The translations under genes and the position numbers were made by a program. The notes under the pieces were generated by a model, which ran no database searches, was not told the origin of the DNA, and saw nothing but the letters and a program-made list of their open reading frames with translations. A DNA stretch of 64,000 bases from an uncultured Nitrososphaeraceae archaeon (GTDB lineage Archaea; Thermoproteota; Nitrososphaeria; Nitrososphaerales; Nitrososphaeraceae): the NCBI GenBank assembly GCA_963825865.1, contig CAWGVG010000003.1:179418-243417 (forward strand), written 5' to 3'. Within the stretch, counting starts at the first letter, position 1. Every line of letters starts with the position of its first letter. Of the stretch, positions 35,213-45,778 are shown piece after piece.

Positions 35213-38200
35213 TCATAATTCTCTTGCTTCTATAAAGGTAAAGTCTCCTCTCTCTTCATCTGAGTATATCTCAAAACCTTGCTCTTTTACTATTTGATGA
35301 AGATTATACAATCTTCCTTTGATTAAAGACTTTGTTGTTTCTGCAATCATCAAGATGCCATTAGTTACAAGACATCTCTTTGCTTCTGCGATATACTCCT
35401 GCCAATTCTTACCCATTAGCGATAGTGAAAAGATTGCAACATCTAATGCTTCATCAGCTAACGGTACTTTTTTCATATCACATGCTACGACTTTATCATT
35501 TATAGCAACATGGTCAAAGCTATGACACTCTTTGTGATCCGATTGCCTCCATGATTTTTGCTTCTCCCAGCCAAAGTCTCCAATATGCAGTCTCGGGGAT
35601 AGCCGTTTTATTCTTTTGATAATTTCTTCATATGGAATAACACTCCAAGTCTTGCGTGCTTCTCTATACTGTCTGTGATATTCTTCCCACTCTTTTGGGT
35701 CTTCCAGCATTCTTTCATGGGTGGTTTCAGAATTTTCATTATTAATTTGGTTGTTTAATCCTGTAAAGTCACCGTATTTTCTTATTCTTTGTTCTATCTC
35801 AACAGGTGTTAATTTTACCTCAAGATCTCTTCTATTAATACTTGATATTTCTCCTCTCTCTAATCTTTCCAACCATTTTGCTGCTTCCATCATAGCTTGC
35901 TGTGGAGTTACCATGTTCTTATTGGGTAGTCGACCATCTACTGCACAGTCTGCCAATGTACGTTTGTATTGAATTCTTTTCCATTTGTTATCATCATATT
36001 TTAATCCATTGATATTTGCTTTGATGATGTAAACATTTACATAGTCCATCTCACTGCCTTTTCTAACCAATCTACCAACAAGTCTGCTGATATTGTGCAT
36101 TAGTCCATGGAAGAGTATTTATGATTAAATTATTGCAGATGTGCTGCAGCCCATCTACACCAGTGGATATAGGGCGGGAAGCAATCAATACTTGGACTTT
36201 TTTATCCAAAAATCTTTTTAATCCTGAGTGATCTTCACCCGTATATTTTGCATAAGTGTACCCAGCATCTTCTACTGCTTTTGATAATTTTTCAACTATG
36301 TCTGTAACATATTCTGTGTAAATTATAGTCGTACCTTGTATATGTTTTATTATTTCAGGTATTTTCGCATCTGATGCTAACCGTTCAACTGTGAGTGGAT
36401 TTCTTATTAATTCCTTTGCGCTAATATTACTTTTTCTTATATCTATTTCGACGTCTATATGTTCTGTGTATACGCTAATAGGATATGGCGGTATTTCTCT
36501 GATTGATATCAAAGATAATTTTTCATATAATTTGACAGCATTTTGTGGAGTTGGTCTGGTTGATATATCATCATATATTTTACCTGTTATCAACTGTAGC
36601 AAAGATTTACCCTCTTCTAATTCATTTATTACTGGTGTCGCTGATAGTCCAAGGACATTTACATAGCTGTTTTTCTTACTAACATCAGTCATCAATCCTT
36701 CAATGTTATGTCGTCTTTTACTTTCTTCCTTTTCATTTCTTTTCTTTGTGAAATGTATTTCATCCAGTACAACAAAGTCGATTTTTTGTTTCACCAGATT
36801 TAAGATAAGATTTGGGGAATATGGCTGACTGAATAGATCATAGTTTAAGACCAGATATTTGTGTTTATTTTTATCATATTTCTCATAGAACGCTTCATTT
36901 CTTGTTATAACGACGGAATCATGAAATATCTCCAGGATATTATTTTCCCATTGGTCTACTACATCATTTGGACATATTATGAGAGTCATTTTACTGTCAA
37001 TCACACGACTTGCCAGCACAGCTGAAAGTGTTTTTCCTGCTCCAGTTCCAGAGAAATTACCGAAACGCCTATTTGTTTTGATTTTATATGCTACATATCG
37101 CTGCATCAGTGTTGGTGATAGAATCTCCTTATCTTTATCTCTGAATGTATAGCCTTTTGGAATTTCAATACTCTGTGCTCCTTCATAATCTGAAAGAAAT
37201 GTTTCCAATATTATGTCATGATATTTGTTACCATCTTTGCCTTCACGCCTTACATCTGAAATAGTATTTTCTTTATCTCTAAATGCACTTGCCCATAAAT
37301 CCTTTATTGATTTATTAACATAAAACTGCATGGACTCTATATCTTCAGTATATGATTCTAACCTATCAGATTGGGCAAAGATTTGCTGTGGTGTCTTGAT
37401 TTTACCATAATCTAGTGGATCTGTTTCCTTTCCTACCAAATCAGCAATCTCTTGAGAAGATGCAGTTCCTATTTCTTCCTCTTCTGATAAATCTGGTGGA
37501 ATTTCTAAATCAGAATTTACATATTCCTCTATAGTCTTACGCCCTTCAGCTGTACGTCTTGCCTCAATCAAGTTTTTGAAGAATTGTGTGTGACGGCTCT
37601 GTAGATTCAACAGTCCCTTTGTACTTAATAAGTGGTATAGAACAATTTCATCTTCCTCATAAAGCATTCCACTTTCAATCCAATCCTTTAACAATTCCTT
37701 TACTCTTCTTATTGACCAATCTGTTTCTTCATATCCAAGAAAATCATACCAACCTTTCCATACTTCTTCATATATTATATTAGCATTTGTTGGTATATAA
37801 TCAGGCTTTTCTCCAGATCTGCACCACTTTCTCCATTCCTGCCAACTTTTCAATCCAAGTGAATGAACAAATTTTTTAGCTTCTAGAAATGACCAGTATT
37901 TTCTATCCTGTGTAGCTATAGTGCCTGTACCAAGCCAATCTCCCCAACCTTTCCATTCTTTTTTATATACTCGATTAGGACTGTATGGTATATAATCAGG
38001 CTTTTCTCCAGATCTGGACCACTTATTGTATTCTTTCGTATTCTTAAAGCCAAGTGAATGAACAAATTTTTTAGCTTCTAGAAATGACCAGTATTTTCTA
38101 TCCTGTGTAGCTATAGTGCCTGTACCAAACCAATCTCCCCAACTTATCCATTCTTTCTTGTAAGTTCTTTCTGGATGAGGTGGTATACCTTCAGGAAGAT

Positions 38201-38678
38201 CTTTTTCCTTAACATATTTGCGCCATTCTTTATTATTTTTTATTCCCGATGAACGAGCAAATTCTCTTGCTTCCTCAAAAGGCAGTGGTTTAAAATCTTG
38301 CTTCCATACTGTCCCAGTACCAAGAAAATTCCCCCAGCTTATCCATCCTTTATTTTTATATACTTTATGAGGAATACGTGGTATACCTTCAGGAAGACCT
38401 TTCTCCTTAGCATATTTTTCCCACTCCCTAGAATTTTTTATTCCCGATGAACGAGCAAATTCTCTTGCTTGAGAAAAAGATAACCATTCTTTACCAATCC
38501 AATTACGCCAGCTTATCCATCCTTTATTTCTATATACAGAATCAGGACGAGATGGTATACCTTCAGGAAGACCTTTCTCCTTAGCATATTTTTCCCATTC
38601 ATCCTTACCTTCTAATTTGAGTGAATTAGCAAACGCTCTTGCTTCTTCAAATTTCCTCCAAATTGTGTGAAATATCAT
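35213..38678 (-). CDS. Fusion: five Trp-rich repeats + SF2 helicase + Rrp8-like methyltransferase (frameshift ~36080)
   Basis: Repeats FxEAxxF..EW..IP..P..Y..WxxWxDWLG; GTGAGKT, ICP, DEIH, SATP, STGVDGLQ, GRLVRKG; C-terminal EWEEYH..GDFG..SFDH..ACDM..FSLSLMG. Confidence 0.82.
37737..38660 (-). repeat. Five intragenic tandem repeats (~58-66 aa)
   Basis: Identical DNA blocks 37856-37933 / 38051-38128 (195-bp period); shared blocks at ~38380/38554 and ~38237/38436. Confidence 0.9.
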
Positions 38679-38845
38679 CTGAAATTGCCATCAGTGTACT
38701 TGATTGACAATATAAGATTGGACCATTATTCAAGTCTCATTTCTACTTTCATCAAACAATGCCTTAACTAACCTTAAAGCCAATTGTAAGGCTCTTAAAA
38801 TATCCCACAGAGTATAATATTGATGCCGCCCTTTTCCCTTTTTTT

Positions 38846-39670
38846 TTGATGATGAAATTGAGAAAAAAGATATACAATATAGATAAAGAAAGTTTTGAAA
38901 TCAAGTTTAACGAGTTTAGAGGTGCAGTACAATTTGAAAATGGGAGTCAGTTTAGGAAAAGGCTGAATAACAAATTTATTACTTTCGGCAGGATTATGAA
39001 AGACGGAAATATACCATACGATAATAGAAAAGCATATGCAACTCAGCTAGTTAAAGAATTAGAATGTTTTAGAACTAAAATCTCTAGTTTCTTGCCAGAA
39101 TTTATGTTAGCTGCGCTTGTTCAAGGGGAAGGTTTTAACATCAGGTTTATCTCAACAACAACTGCTTCTAAAACATGTGATTTACTTTTTAACTCACATA
39201 ATACTGAAGTTAAAACATTTTTAGATAGCTATAAGCAAGGTACAAAAATAGAACGTAGTTTAATTAAAGAGATAGAATGTACATTAAAAAGAAAAAAAGC
39301 AGTGTACGATATAAATGAAGCACTATCTAAGAAAGCAGATATAATTTTTATGTATCTTACTTTTTCTTCTTTAGCAATAGGTTTTGCTAAATATACTTTT
39401 GAAAAGAATATGAGCTTTCCATTATTAAAAGCACTTAGAGAGTCAATCTCCATTTGTGACAAGAATGCCATGAAACAGACTATTGAAACTATACCAGTAA
39501 TAGTGTTTACTACGTTAATAGATGCAGTTAGTTGGGATTATAAGATTTTCTCTCTTATGGTTCCTTATCCTGTAAAGATGAATAAAATGAATCAGGTTGG
39601 AGCAGATTCCGAGAAACTATTAATAAAGTTGGACAAGGACTCACACAGATCCGAATATTTGAAAATATAG
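38846..39670 (+). CDS. Putative PD-(D/E)xK nuclease-like protein
   Basis: EFMLAAL..GFNIRF..KTCDLL..TEVK fits the E..(P)D..ExK pattern. Confidence 0.5.
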   Translation: MMMKLRKKIYNIDKESFEIKFNEFRGAVQFENGSQFRKRLNNKFITFGRIMKDGNIPYDNRKAYATQLVKELECFRTKISSFLPEFMLAALVQGEGFNIRFISTTTASKTCDLLFNSHNTEVKTFLDSYKQGTKIERSLIKEIECTLKRKKAVYDINEALSKKADIIFMYLTFSSLAIGFAKYTFEKNMSFPLLKALRESISICDKNAMKQTIETIPVIVFTTLIDAVSWDYKIFSLMVPYPVKMNKMNQVGADSEKLLIKLDKDSHRSEYLKI

Positions 39671-39764
39671 AAGAACAATTCACCTTCAACCCGACCGCAA
39701 AGATTCCCTTCCTTTTTTCTTTGCATCGCGATTATCGTCATCATTAAAATTATACTGACTAGCC

Positions 39765-39920
39765 TAATGAAGTTAGATTTATCTACAAATGCTACTGGGG
39801 TAGATGATGCCATAAAGTTTGTATCATAGAAATCATCATCTATAAAACCCGAATTAGAAAAACATAAAGTTGATGATGCTGTTACTGTAGATAAGAATCA
39901 CACCAATGACATTCAAAGAT
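39765..39920 (+). pseudogene. C-terminus of a gene preceding a terminase start (MTFKD)
   Basis: MKLDLSTNATGVDDAIKFVS, then atgacattcaaagat at 39906 matching the start at 47072. Confidence 0.45.
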
Positions 39921-40114
39921 GAGTCATCACCTGACCTGCTGGAGCAGATATCATCTTTAGGACTCCCAGATCAAAGCATACAGTACTAGTAGTATTATCA
40001 GGCTCAGTGCTCTGTAGAGTAACACCCCTTCCAGCGTTATCTGTCGGTGCATTATGGTCTATCAGAGCAAAACCAGGTGGATAACTTGAGTGAACGGAGC
40101 TCTCATATACGCAC

Positions 40115-40164
40115 CTATGCTTAGATTCCGTTGAAGAACCTATGAACAATGTTGGCTTGCTCAT
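40115..40164 (-). pseudogene. TIR-like (Cap12/Pycsar-type) domain N-terminal fragment
   Basis: MSKPTLFIGSSTES, then unrelated sequence. Confidence 0.45.
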
Positions 40165-40693
40165 CCGTTTTTGCTTTCTCGTGCCTTTTTTTGATAGATG
40201 CATATATTTTAGAATATCGATCTTCTCAATAATTTTCAAGACTGGTCAGAATGACAGCCAGGTAGGATGATAATTCCTGTTACCAATAAGTAACAATTTT
40301 TTTCTAACGTGACTTAGAGTAAAGTTCTGGAGTTTGTTAAATCCCTGTCTAAACAAGAAATGATAGATTTTGATGGGGCGGCACCGTGCTCATGAGGCTC
40401 GTCTTGAGCTGCTCGATCTGTTCGAGCGCGCAAGCGTGTTTATCAAGCACACTTTGACAAGAAATTGCCGTAACAAGCTTCTGCATCTGATTGACTGCTT
40501 CTGATTGTTAGTCCGCTATTAGCACGCAGTTCAGCAAATTCAGAATCGCTGATCATGAGAGACCTAATCATCTGTGCCGTCCATATGACGTTAGTGGTTT
40601 GTCTTGGCTTGGACGTCCGATTATAAGCGGAGTATAAGTCCTCTTTTCATAGTGCCGTCGAGAGTTAGTTAAGGATATTGCTTGCTAGAAAAA

Positions 40694-40756
40694 GAAAACA
40701 TAAAGTGGATGATGCTGTTACTGTAGATAAGAAACATAGTAATGACATTTAAGGAT
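40694..40756 (+). repeat. Imperfect direct repeat of 39857..39920, containing a terminase start
   Basis: aaacataaagt(t/g)gatgatgctgttactgtagataagaa..aatgacatt; ATG 40742 reads MTFKDLRKMIISSSQQ. Confidence 0.8.
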
Positions 40757-41354
40757 CTGAGGAAGATGATAATAAGCAGCAGCCAACAAACACTTACAAT
40801 CGCTAATAATGATCTACCATCAGTATAGTGGAGATATGAAAAGCTCAAAAGAGAAGAAGCATCTTTACAAGCTGGTAATCATAATTCAGCCAGAACCTTT
40901 CAGGAATTAAGTGATCTGATATCAACTACACGCAACACATTGGAGCAATATGAGTCAGATTGTGAAGAAAAGAGACTCGAGATAACCAAGCTGCGGATAC
41001 AAATGATTCGAGCAGAGGCCCGCATACGAGATAACACTCCGCGTTAAAGGTAGAAAATCAGGCAGAGACATCCCTAGGCCAGTCTGGTTTGTGCATGAAG
41101 GCAACACGTAATTAAGCTAACAGTTTTTTATTTCGTGTCTATCCGATGTACTGAATCAATTATTCTTTAGAGAGATAGATGATGGATATTTATCGTTGTA
41201 AAAAACCCTTCCTTTTTCTAAAGAAGAATGCAATAATAGAAGTTCTGATAAAAGACGCTATCCCTTTTTTGCAATAGACACCGTTCATTCATCTGCTCTT
41301 GGAGTATTAGGAGATACATCGGATTTACTTGCTACTCCTACAGTATCTTGTTGA

Positions 41355-41576
41355 TCACTGCTGCCTACTCTTTCGATTTATAGTGGAAGACGATGAATCT
41401 TTCTCTTGCTCTGTCTTTTTGTCTTGTCCTTGAGTTTTTGCAATACAGTCATTGCATGTCCATACACCTTTGATATAACTACCTGCCTTTATCTTCCCAT
41501 GTTGTTCTATTTCATCTTCTAGCGAATCGGTAACAGGCGAGCCACATTTGATACATTGCGGTAGTAAGTTTACCAT
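41355..41576 (-). CDS. Small Zn-finger protein
   Basis: CIKC..WTCNDC. Confidence 0.55.
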   Translation of the reverse strand: MVNLLPQCIKCGSPVTDSLEDEIEQHGKIKAGSYIKGVWTCNDCIAKTQGQDKKTEQEKDSSSSTINRKSRQQ

Positions 41577-42338
41577 TATATCAAAGATATCTATCTATTT
41601 CTAATTTATTAGTTAATATATGATATCCAATGATACTCAAAAATCTGTTTCTGGACATCTACCAAACTTATCTTTTTAGATGTTATCATATATACCCGAT
41701 CGTTTCAATCTTGAATGTATTACCATTATATCATGAAAGCATGCTCTATATAGATATGTGCAGGTGGTTGGATGGTATGATAGTTGGTTAGAAGAAGCAA
41801 AGTATTTTCGTTGGTTAAATGAATGGTTAGGATACAAGGAATTTGAATAACGGGAAAAGTGGGTAGTAGTAGTTATGTTAGTAACCGATTTGTATTAAAC
41901 TGATTTATTAGATATCTTCAATAACAAAATAAATGCTAATGAGGACTAACTCCTTTGCTTGTTGTCTTACAACAGATAGATCTCTTTACTGCGCAAAATA
42001 TCTACAATTTTAGCATTTTGGCAAGTAGATGTATTCTCTTACGTTTATTCCTTAGCCAAAGATAACTCTTATATCTTTTAATTTCGTTAGTTTGGACAAT
42101 ATTTTCAATTTTTACGTATTAGAAAAATATTATTATATAATATTATATAAATTAGTTCAGAATTTACAATTTGGTTTAACAATTTGCAATAGTACTTTTT
42201 TTTATTAGGGGAACTTAAGATAAAGTAGAGCTGTGGAAAATATAAGTACAGAGCAGCAGCATCTGAGAACAACATCATCATCACAAGACTAACTTAAGAG
42301 AAAAATCTGAAGAGAAAAAAGAACAACAACAACTCTGG

Positions 42339-42584
42339 TTGAAAACCATTTCTATTCACAGTTATTCACAGCTATCAGAATTGCAAGACCATTTTTGCGA
42401 TAATAAAGAACCTGCTATTCTAATCGCAAGAATCACACCAATAGTGACAAAAAATATTGAAGAAGGAATGAAGTTAGTAAATGAAGTTTATTCGATGGCT
42501 ACAAAAAAAAATTATTCTGTTTTTCGCTTAGGAGAAGAAAGAATTATTCTAGTTCCATCTACCGTAAGAATAAAGTCCTTGTAA
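42339..42584 (+). CDS. sepF: SepF-like protein
   Basis: ILIARITP..LVNEVY..RLGEERIILVPSTVRI, archaeal SepF-type pattern. Confidence 0.65.
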   Translation: MKTISIHSYSQLSELQDHFCDNKEPAILIARITPIVTKNIEEGMKLVNEVYSMATKKNYSVFRLGEERIILVPSTVRIKSL

Positions 42585-42699
42585 TAATAATAATAATAGG
42601 ACGACGAAGACAATAAAATTGTATGGCTGCATTTGCATATCTGTAAATCTCTTGCTTTTAGTTTTTCTAAAAACTATTAGAAATCATGAATCAGTCAGC

Positions 42700-43132
42700 T
42701 TAGCTTTATACATTTTTAATCTATATTCCTAAGAGTAGCTTTAGGGTATCTTGAGTGCCATCTCCGACCCCTTTTCTTTAGCAAATTTCACAAAAGCTTT
42801 TTCGAACCTTTTGGCGATGCTCTTCACTTGTTCATCAAGTCCTGCTCTGTAGTTTTAATCCACTCAATAAGATCAAGTAAAGCTGTCATGAAAGGATAAA
42901 TTGGCTATAGTGATTCACCGATCAAGACTTCATCCTTGCCATAAAAACCTACCAAGAAGTCCTTATCTTTATTGATCAGTTTTTGATAGATCTTGTTCAA
43001 TAATGCAGACTTGCCAATTCCAGATTCTCCTATAACATATGTAATGCTACTTTGGCTACTATTCATCCTATTCCAAAGCTCGTCAAGCTCTTTTTCTCTT
43101 CCGAATAATTCTCGTTCTGATTTAATAGCCAA
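42700..43132 (-). pseudogene. STAND/AAA ATPase N-terminal fragment
   Basis: LFGREKELDEL..VIGESGIGKSALL. Confidence 0.7.
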
Positions 43133-43337
43133 TAATCGATACCAAGATAGGTATGATTAAAAGTTTTTTATTTGAATGTCCATTTCGTATCTGGAAAACG
43201 ATCATCGTCAACACAACAGCTACCAACAATCCAATGATTATCACCAACAATATTAAACCACTGGAAGTGGCGTGCATGAATAATCTTCACCTAACTAAAG
43301 ACCAATGCGATCAGACAATTGTGGATGGTGGCTCGAT

Positions 43338-43788
43338 TTATTGATTGACCTCTCTAGATTCAATTTTCTCTAATCTCTCTTCTAATGACTTTACTGCTAG
43401 AACAATTGGCCCTTCAGATAAAAGCTTAAACTTGGACTCATTGGATTCTATAATTACCTTTAGTGCCAAGAGTTTCTCCTTTATTGGGAGTTTATTGTCA
43501 TTATATATTTTCCATGATTCTCTATTAGCTTGATCAATATCTTCTATGCATTGTTTGTAATAGTAAGCAAGATCTGATTTTGCTAGATCGTAGACAAATT
43601 GTTGGCTTTTAGCTTTTAGAGCTTTGATGTCTCTACAGATAGTACTCTACATGAACATCAAGGCGAATGGCAATTTCAGTTTCAGTCATTGACTGAGCTA
43701 ATAGTCTTGCAACTGTTCTTCTGCGATCTTCAATCAGGAATTTAGAATTGCTGTATTTGTTTTGCAAGGTCACGCTGATTTTTTGCAT
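43338..43788 (-). pseudogene. HTH protein, possible terminase small subunit (frameshift ~43650)
   Basis: Manual: IEDRRRTVARLLAQSMTETEIAIRLDV..STICRDIKAL..KLLALKVIIE..KFKLLSEGP. Confidence 0.5.
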
Positions 43789-44554
43789 TTCTCCTCGCTT
43801 GTTTTAATAAGGTCTTGCAATCCCACGCTTAGAATATATCTCGAAACCAAGCTTTATGTATTTTCAATGCTCATTGCATTTCAAATTGTTCATAGTCCTT
43901 ATTGGTTCAATTTCTTTTTCTTTCTTATCGCATCAACTATTGCTTGAACTTCTTTACCAATTAATTTGCTAAACGATGCTAAGTTTCTTTTGCTTCAACA
44001 TTTGTCTGTTTTACGTAATCGACTTCTTCTTTTACTAGGTAATTGGGGATTGAATCTATGTAAATTCTAGTTCTTTGATGTGAAGAATATATTTGATTAT
44101 ATGGATCATCTTAATACAATATCTCTTTGTGTCTCTGAAGGTCAAAATGCTCGTATGTGATCATATGAGCGAGTCACACTCTATAAACAATTATACTGCA
44201 GATGTGCACTAAAAAAATATCAAATTTTTTATTAATCATGGTAAAATATTGGATTGTTATTATCCAGGGAATCTAAATACCGAAGCAACAACTCTAAAGA
44301 AGTATTTTAAGTCTATATCAGTAAAGATAAATAGTAAAAGAAAAATTGTCTCCATTTAAATCAATTGTAAATAAGGAGAAATAACTTATAACCACAGTAA
44401 TGGAGTAGATAATCAATCAAAGATGCAGGAATCAAATATAGAATTGAATGGATCTGTTAACTAATTTCAGTATTTTTTGTTTAAATTATTAGGAAAGTCC
44501 ATGACTAGATCTACATTTATACGACAAATTGTGTTTTTGAAAGTAATAATGTTT

Positions 44555-44899
44555 CTAGAATTTACCTTGAAAGTGTAAACCTATGATTTGTTGGATAAAC
44601 GGTGACGCAAGAGGAAAATATTCTTTAAATTTCTTCTTCAAATTATCAAATATATCCGGAAGAGGTTTGGAGTTTAATTCCTTGTTTAATTCTTCCAGTA
44701 TATTTTTGATTTTTTCCTTTTTTTCTGTACTGTAAGGACTTGAGTTAACTTGATCAATGATATATCTATGGGAAATAGTTTGATCTGATATTACATTGGT
44801 ATTGATGGATGTAGCAGTTGTATCTCTAGTACCGAAGTTAACTGTATCTGCATAAATGGTAGGATTATTTAAAATATAAGTATGTCCTTCCTTGCGCAA
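44555..44899 (-). CDS. Hypothetical protein
   Basis: Open frame only. Confidence 0.4.
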   Translation of the reverse strand: MRKEGHTYILNNPTIYADTVNFGTRDTTATSINTNVISDQTISHRYIIDQVNSSPYSTEKKEKIKNILEELNKELNSKPLPDIFDNLKKKFKEYFPLASPFIQQIIGLHFQGKF

Positions 44900-44949
44900 A
44901 CTACCTAAGTTAAGGGAGCCGTTTGGATAGTAAAAAAAGGTAGAAAGAG

Positions 44950-45609
44950 CTAACCCTGTATTATGGTTACACTAACGCATTGATCTAATAGTTGCGCCAC
45001 AAGATTATCAACATTAGCTGCCTGCGATTGTGTCACAAAACACGTGCCTTGTAGATTGCTGTTAATAAAGATTGTTCTCTCGTTGTTATCTCTATCATGG
45101 ACTACTACTGTTTTATGGATCACTTTTACATTATCGTTATGATTATTGTCGTGGAACCTAAAAAAACCATCATTGTTATGATTATTGAACCTAAAACCAT
45201 CATTGTGTTTGAAGTTGTTGAAGTTATCATTGTTGTTGTGTTTGAAATTCTTGTCGAAGTTATTATTATCACGTTCGAAGTTCTTGAAATTATTGTTGTT
45301 GTTCTTGAAATTCCTATCTATATTATTATTACCGCCTTTCGAAACAGTATGAGTTATTTGTTTATCATTGCCACCATTATCGAAATGTTTGATGTTGTTG
45401 TCATTGCTGGGAATACCACTACTACTACCACCACCGAAGTGCTTAATGTTGTTGTCATTATTGTTAGTACTGTGGATATTACTACCGCTACCACCACCAA
45501 AATCACCCTTAACAGCCAAGGCCGTCATTGTAGTCATGAAAGAAGGTGATAATGCAAGCATAGCAATTACTGCTAATATTGCTGTAAACTTTACTATGGT
45601 TATCATCAA
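44950..45609 (-). CDS. Secreted Asn/His/Gly-rich repeat protein
   Basis: Signal peptide; NDNNIKHF x2, NFKxN and DGFxF repeats; C-terminal Cys pair. Confidence 0.7.
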   Translation of the reverse strand: MMITIVKFTAILAVIAMLALSPSFMTTMTALAVKGDFGGGSGSNIHSTNNNDNNIKHFGGGSSSGIPSNDNNIKHFDNGGNDKQITHTVSKGGNNNIDRNFKNNNNNFKNFERDNNNFDKNFKHNNNDNFNNFKHNDGFRFNNHNNDGFFRFHDNNHNDNVKVIHKTVVVHDRDNNERTIFINSNLQGTCFVTQSQAANVDNLVAQLLDQCVSVTIIQG

Positions 45610-45778
45610 ACTACTTTAGGTTAGTAACTATAATATCATTGGGTAACATGGTGCCGTGTCATAGTTACGTATCAAAAAACATTTTTATGTATTGATATGG
45701 TGTACTAATTAATCTAACCAAAAGGATTTCTTACTTTGCCATTCTTTTTTCCTTTTTTTGTTTTACTTTTAAAATGTA

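Noticed and set aside
37737-38660. Regularly spaced repeats as a CRISPR array
   Set aside because: Period of 174-199 bp, in frame inside a protein; no cas genes
40370-40640. GC-richer stretch as ncRNA or gene
   Set aside because: Only short motif-less ORFs and no convincing stem found by eye
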